64,000 bases of DNA from a bacterium (GTDB lineage Bacteria > Electryoneota > Electryoneia > Electryoneales > Electryoneaceae). Within the stretch, counting starts at the first letter, position 1, and each line of letters begins with the position of its first letter. The notes beneath the pieces were generated by a model. That model was not told the origin of the DNA, did not search any database, and saw only the letters and a program-made list of their open reading frames with translations. Of this stretch, positions 60,001 through 64,000 are shown in pieces. The position numbers were made by a program, and so were the translations under genes. The stretch is from assembly GCA_963669175.1 (NCBI GenBank), contig OY769902.1, positions 1,408,001-1,472,000 on the forward strand. The letters are read 5' to 3'.

Positions 60001-60117
60001 GATCGTCAGGGACTGGATTTTACCACGCTCGCCAGTGGAGTCTATTTCTTCCGTGTGGAATTGATGCGCGCCAAAGGAAACGAGCTGTACATGTTGAAGG
60101 CGGTGCATATCAAGTAA
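57034..60117 (+). CDS. Secreted double beta-helix protein with T9SS/FlgD-Ig-like CTD (paralog of 15461-18562)
   Basis: Signal peptide; SGVW..SGNPY; LQAHSPCIDAG; LSGELSGT; SPCIDAGDP..DPDGTRADIGA; LYPNPFNG CTD. Confidence 0.88.
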   Translation: MIRISVCLLLSMLVMLVCAFPVYSETVVEGVASGVWEPSGNPYILSSYTVVVPLDSTLDIMPGTEIQFGDCEYFRVLGVISATGSEEFPVQWETGTGYNCSIGLASEPEDTNRFARVHFSGDRDYLRISSTDGCTIWDSCQFNLNHKNLILNVQSDWIMDNNLWFNTAITLEMSSGILRFTNDRMEGEGSVVAYVSADNILIQNSSFMNSELYLDATYLELDNNELGVCLVEGGAYVTVNDNDLEMLQIESSNHVTVSENHFRKNMNYGYNGYQFLCEAGQASISGNRNINDACFIEMFVDSEIEYNEFTANVTLSDCQANFHNNTLVLLHENYTQQDRAILTCRDGSRATIDNNIFVGVSELLTPCAIEVMEQSDVNIRNNCFHRVGEPVTGDQAHDTILADPCFVNEEAGDYHLQAHSPCIDAGAAGYWDEDASVADVGAFPFDNREAHPPTLATARQVQAVKGEMVRFTVCASDDGETLDISFSGLPCWLSPGFARSELDAVLDSVMLEGVVPTNATDSWVVVTMLSGNNETSVDSLLVHVYEQRLSGELSGTISASEAPYLMDGDTWIAENGNALFEPGVVVEVLEDLNDPLGIDIYGDVELQGIEADSIVFRSAALFPGRHAWRGITLREDPAEIAFRYVVIEDADTALSVITSQRISLHDSRFSHCRQAVTICSSDTSYISRSEFFDNKNGVIFTEDNYHRTALGYLDSLLFRDTRRIAVDMPPGRLSDSRIEGGYGGICRFRSTSGGGEYQILNNYISDCYYGFQDWYSSTSMFMFKNNIFVNCCYIDLNGSSVTYYYLYNNTFYAPEVPRYSYISGSFTNSYLVNNILYCTYPADHEGNHTEYSRDYNLINMDNYAMYGVGNIHADPLFHNAAEGDFHLMEGSPCIDAGDPTFPYDPDGTRADIGAIPYDPDWVQVEDLRPLPTEDDVCPLYPNPFNGTTTLKINLSDMADVQVHVFNILGQRVGRYQWESLCGGEHRLHLDRQGLDFTTLASGVYFFRVELMRAKGNELYMLKAVHIK

Positions 60118-60123
60118 TAGCTG

Positions 60124-60248
60124 GGAAAATGGGGACTGCCACTCTTTTCGCTTGTGAATAGACCAGGGATAGTTGACCATGTTTTGCTTTTATTGAAAAA
60201 TTGGTTTTGGAAAGACCTATTGCGAAAAGGTAACGGTCCCATTTTTCG
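60124..60248. repeat. Two family C-like palindromes
   Basis: GGAAAATGGGGACTGCCACTCTTTTCG and GAAAAGGTAACGGTCCCATTTTTCG. Confidence 0.55.
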
Positions 60249-60525
60249 CTTTCATATCCACTCCGCAGGGATTACCGAACACAACATAGGACCATACCGT
60301 CAGTTTGGCACGCCCCTGCAAAAGGAAGCGTCCAGATTTCAATCACTCAGTGGTTGCCCAATAGTATATACAAAAAAAAATAAGGACTAACTTATTAATA
60401 TCAATTAAAATAGACCCCGCCGGACAAGCCGCTCGGGGCCAATAGAATACAATCTTTTCGTTATGTCTTCCCAATATTCTGAGGAAACGGTTAACAAGCA
60501 TCAAGGCTTTTTATCAATAGAGATT

Positions 60526-62019
60526 TTACCTGTTCACAGAACCTGAATTCAGTTGCCCCGGGGGTGTGCCCGGACCGAGTCGCTCGGGGATAGTGAAGGA
60601 TTCAGTCAGGATTTTCTGGAAATAGCGGTAGGATGAATACAGGGGCCGCAAGCGTATGATCAGCGTGTACTCACCGGCGGGCAGAACGGTGGCGTAGTCA
60701 CCGGGAGTCGAGATGAATTCCTGCAGGTGGCGATTACGGGAGCCGTGAACCAGGGGCATAATCGTACTGGCCATGCCGGCATCACGAATCACCTCGCTGA
60801 TATGAACGATATCGCCCTTCTCATCCTGTATTTCAAATTGGACCCGTGCTTTTTCCGTGAGCACCATATTCACTTCGAGCGCATTCATGTCCGGCCGGTA
60901 AATAACCTGGGGCTTGCCACGCACATCCGTGCCGACCCACAGGTACTGCGCCCCGATTTGTTCAGCAACGAACGTACGTCCCCGCCTACGCCATATCCCG
61001 ACCCCGGTGGGGCCGGTGAATTGGCCACGGTCATTGCCCTTCTCACCCCAGACGGTCAAGAGGTTTAAATCCGGATCAAACTTCAGCAGACGGTTGTTCG
61101 CACTGTCCGATGCCGCTACACAATGATGACGGTCCAGTTCGATATGGCTGATGTAAGCCGTTGGTCCCAGCGAATCAGGCAGGGTTCCAGAAGCCAGCAG
61201 ATCACCCTCAAAAGTAAATTTCTGCAAGCGCTTCCCGCCTGAATCACAAACCACGAAGTAGGCTTTGGGACGGGTGAACGATGTCCGGTCAAAGCAGGGA
61301 TCAGCTTCACTAATAGCAGCAAGAGCGGAAGGGTGGTCGAATCCGGGGAATTCCTGCAAAAGAACGCCGGAAGTATCGAATTCGAGCACACGTCCTGACC
61401 CTGCATCGGCAACGAACAACAAGCCGTCATGGGTTACATCGATCCCACGGGGATTCACCAGTCCAACCGTCGAATCCTGTCCGAACGAAGCCTGGTACAC
61501 CAGGTCTGCATCGATATTTCTCAGCTTGACAACCCTGCGGTTTCCGCTGTCAGTGACGAACACGAGACCGTTGGGCAGGCTGGTGATATCCCACGGTGTA
61601 TCCAGCGCCTCTTCACCCGTCAAACCCACGCCATACATCCCGATGCTGGTCATGGAGCGGTTGTAAATCAGCGCGTCCATCCCGGTGTTGCAGCCGTACA
61701 CGGTCATGTTGATCAGACGTCCGCGCTTGTTGCTGTCTTCTTCGTAACCAAGGCTGGTCGCGGAAAGCCCCTGCGGGTTGCTGAATTTTGCGCGCCCGAG
61801 GGTAAGCATGGTGAGCTGGGACTGTCGTCCCTGGATCACGATGGAATGACGTTTGGTCGGATACACCCACGTAGTGTGAGTCTTCTCATAGTCGTTCGCC
61901 CCCTGACGAGGGATTTCAGTTTCATACCTGTCTTTGATCTTCCCCAGGAGAGTAATGGGGAAGAAGAGAAGGATGAAGAAAGCGAGAATGAAGCATTTTC
62001 CGTTTGCGGTGAACGTCAT
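60526..62019 (-). CDS. Exported NHL-repeat (beta-propeller) protein
   Basis: N-terminal signal/TM; F..PQGL, P.DI....FVTDSGNRRV, NPRGI..FVAD, GQFTGPTGV repeats. Confidence 0.85.
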   Translation of the reverse strand: MTFTANGKCFILAFFILLFFPITLLGKIKDRYETEIPRQGANDYEKTHTTWVYPTKRHSIVIQGRQSQLTMLTLGRAKFSNPQGLSATSLGYEEDSNKRGRLINMTVYGCNTGMDALIYNRSMTSIGMYGVGLTGEEALDTPWDITSLPNGLVFVTDSGNRRVVKLRNIDADLVYQASFGQDSTVGLVNPRGIDVTHDGLLFVADAGSGRVLEFDTSGVLLQEFPGFDHPSALAAISEADPCFDRTSFTRPKAYFVVCDSGGKRLQKFTFEGDLLASGTLPDSLGPTAYISHIELDRHHCVAASDSANNRLLKFDPDLNLLTVWGEKGNDRGQFTGPTGVGIWRRRGRTFVAEQIGAQYLWVGTDVRGKPQVIYRPDMNALEVNMVLTEKARVQFEIQDEKGDIVHISEVIRDAGMASTIMPLVHGSRNRHLQEFISTPGDYATVLPAGEYTLIIRLRPLYSSYRYFQKILTESFTIPERLGPGTPPGQLNSGSVNR

Positions 62020-63906
62020 CTATTCAGACCCATGCAGGATTTCCAACAGCTTTTTGCCACTTTCCTCGGAGAACCCCGGTACTTCGGCTATCTGTTTCGG
62101 GGTGGCCTCTTTTAAACGCTTGAGCGAGCCGAAGTGTTTCAACAGCGCCTTTGCCTTGGCTTCACCGATTCCCGGCAGGGTCACCAGGGAGGTTGCTACG
62201 GTTTGCGAACGCAGGCGTCGATGGAAGGTAATAGCAAAACGATGCGCTTCATCACGGATTTGCATGAGTAGTTTTAATGCAGATGAGGATTTCGGCAGCG
62301 TGATGACGTTGTCCCGATCACCCGGAAGCACGATTTCCTCGAACCGTTTTGCCAGGCCAACCAGCGGAAGATGCCGGAGGTTCATGCGGTCCAGTACCTC
62401 ACGTGAGGCGTTGACCTGGCCAATGCCGCCGTCGATCAGCACAAGGTCCGGCATGTCTTTCTCTTCAGCACGCAACCGTTTGTATCGTCGGCCCACGACC
62501 TCACGCATGGAGGCAAAATCATCAATACCGACCACAGTTTTAATCCGGTAGTGGCGGTATTCTCTTTTCATTGGACGGGCATTTTTGAACTGCACCATGG
62601 ATGCGACCGGATGTGTGCCGAACAGATTCGAATTGTCAAAGCACTCGATGACCATTGGCGGGTCAGGCAGATCCAGGACTGCCTGCAAGCTTTGCAGGCT
62701 TTGGGGTAGACGGTCGCGTTTCTCCTTCGCCAGCCGGAATTCCTGCAACAGCATGGAAGCATTACGATTGGCTAGTGAGATCAGGCGCGTGTAATCACCG
62801 CGTTCCGGCTTGCGCATTTCCACAGCTCCATCACGCTTTCTTCTCAGGAAGGTATAGACAGGTTCACGCACTTCAGCGGGCAATGAAACCGGCAACAGAA
62901 TCTGTTTGGGAATCACACGCATTTCCGGCATGTAATACTCGGTCAGGTATCGCGACAGGATTTCGTGCCCGGAAATTCCTTCCAGACGTGTCAGGGTAGA
63001 ATGCTCACGTCCCACCAGACGGCCATTACGGATGCGCAGGATAGCGATGCAGCCGTCATTGTCCTCACGGGCAAAGCCGAACACGTCACGGTCATTCAGA
63101 TCAGCGGTAAGTTTTTGCTGTTTGGTTGCCAGTTTTTGCGCTGAGATGAGCTGATCACGCACACGCGCGGCTTCCTCGTATTTCATCTCTTTTGAGAGCG
63201 CCTTCATGTGCGCTTCAAGCCACTCGATCAACTCCTCGCCTTTGCCGTGCAGAGTCTTGACCAGTTTATCCAATCCCTCGAGATATTCGTCCTTCTCAAC
63301 AAGCCCCTCGCAGGGACCGTCACAGTTACCGATATGGTATTCCAGGCAGATTTTATGTTTCCTGTTTTTGATGCTGTTGCTGGTAATTTTCAGGTTGCAG
63401 GTTCTGATCTTGCAGGCTTGTCGCAGAGCGTTTAGCGTATCGCGCACCCGTGTCACATCGGTCAGGGGGCCGTAATATTTGGCGCCTTTCCCCTCGGGAA
63501 AGCGTGTCAGGAAGACCCGAGGAAACGGTTCTGTGGTCACTTTCAGGTAGGGGTAGGATCGATCATGGCGGACATCAATGTTGAAGCGTGGCCGGTGTCG
63601 CTGTATCAGGTTGGCTTCCAGGACAAGCGCTTCCACCTCGTCGGCCGTGACAATGATCTCCAGGTCACGGATGCGTGCGATCAGTTTTTCATACTGGTAG
63701 CGTCCATCTGAACCGCCGGTGAAGTAACTTCTCACCCGGTTTCGCAGAACCTTCGCCTTACCCACATAAATGATTTTTCCCCGTTCATCCTTGAACAGGT
63801 AGCACCCTGAGTCCTGTGGCAACAGATCAAGCTTGTCCTTCAGGGAGAGTGCAGGCGTTTCAGATGGTCCGTTCACGGGACCGGTATTTCCGGATATCTT
63901 TACCAT
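62020..63906 (-). CDS. uvrC: Excinuclease ABC subunit C
   Basis: GCYLFKD..IYVGKAK.LRNRVRSYF, IECFDNSN, PDLVLIDGG.GQ, IRDEAHRFA, HhH motif LPGIG. Confidence 0.97.
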   Translation of the reverse strand: MVKISGNTGPVNGPSETPALSLKDKLDLLPQDSGCYLFKDERGKIIYVGKAKVLRNRVRSYFTGGSDGRYQYEKLIARIRDLEIIVTADEVEALVLEANLIQRHRPRFNIDVRHDRSYPYLKVTTEPFPRVFLTRFPEGKGAKYYGPLTDVTRVRDTLNALRQACKIRTCNLKITSNSIKNRKHKICLEYHIGNCDGPCEGLVEKDEYLEGLDKLVKTLHGKGEELIEWLEAHMKALSKEMKYEEAARVRDQLISAQKLATKQQKLTADLNDRDVFGFAREDNDGCIAILRIRNGRLVGREHSTLTRLEGISGHEILSRYLTEYYMPEMRVIPKQILLPVSLPAEVREPVYTFLRRKRDGAVEMRKPERGDYTRLISLANRNASMLLQEFRLAKEKRDRLPQSLQSLQAVLDLPDPPMVIECFDNSNLFGTHPVASMVQFKNARPMKREYRHYRIKTVVGIDDFASMREVVGRRYKRLRAEEKDMPDLVLIDGGIGQVNASREVLDRMNLRHLPLVGLAKRFEEIVLPGDRDNVITLPKSSSALKLLMQIRDEAHRFAITFHRRLRSQTVATSLVTLPGIGEAKAKALLKHFGSLKRLKEATPKQIAEVPGFSEESGKKLLEILHGSE

Positions 63907-64000
63907 GAAAGAATATAGTAAATTCAGGGAATTGGCACGTATGCTCCACAGTGTTAGCAAAGTTTACTACTCTTTCAGAGTCTAGATTCTACTTGACTTC

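Noticed and set aside
1-64000. tRNA, rRNA, tmRNA, known riboswitches, transposases, integrases, prophage or defence genes
   Set aside because: None recognised by eye; an Rfam/tRNAscan/HMM run would be needed to exclude divergent cases.

Overview
Bacterial chromosomal window, moderately GC-rich. It probably comes from an FCB-group organism outside the Bacteroidota; this is an inference from four secreted proteins ending in a 'YPNPFN' T9SS/FlgD-Ig-like C-terminal domain together with an MCP and CheX. About 38 credible CDS are present. Housekeeping genes are purM, plsY, gpsA, asnS, acyP, greA, a ClC channel, uvrC and a photolyase. Envelope and glycan genes include two GT-C-like membrane proteins, WbqC/PIG-L/WecA-like genes, a GT4, a patatin-Omp85, and an Omp85 paired with a kinase-fold lipoprotein. 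Large secreted proteins include three beta-helix proteins and a C25 gingipain-like protein. I saw no rRNA, tRNA, CRISPR array, transposase, integrase or reverse transcriptase. Intergenic DNA is rich in non-autonomous structured repeats: MITE-like elements with terminal inverted repeats, REP-like palindromes, and two tandem arrays amplified from one arm of a REP hairpin. The main leads are: (1) an 'ELD' motif at the gingipain propeptide-cleavage position that recurs in other exported proteins, suggesting Asp-directed processing; (2) two paralogous beta-helix surface proteins with GC-rich conserved anchors and AT-rich variable modules, each bracketed by repeat clusters; (3) an exported HipA/PI3K-like kinase-fold lipoprotein coupled to an Omp85; (4) REP-arm tandem amplification. 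All calls come from reading motifs by eye; no database search was run.
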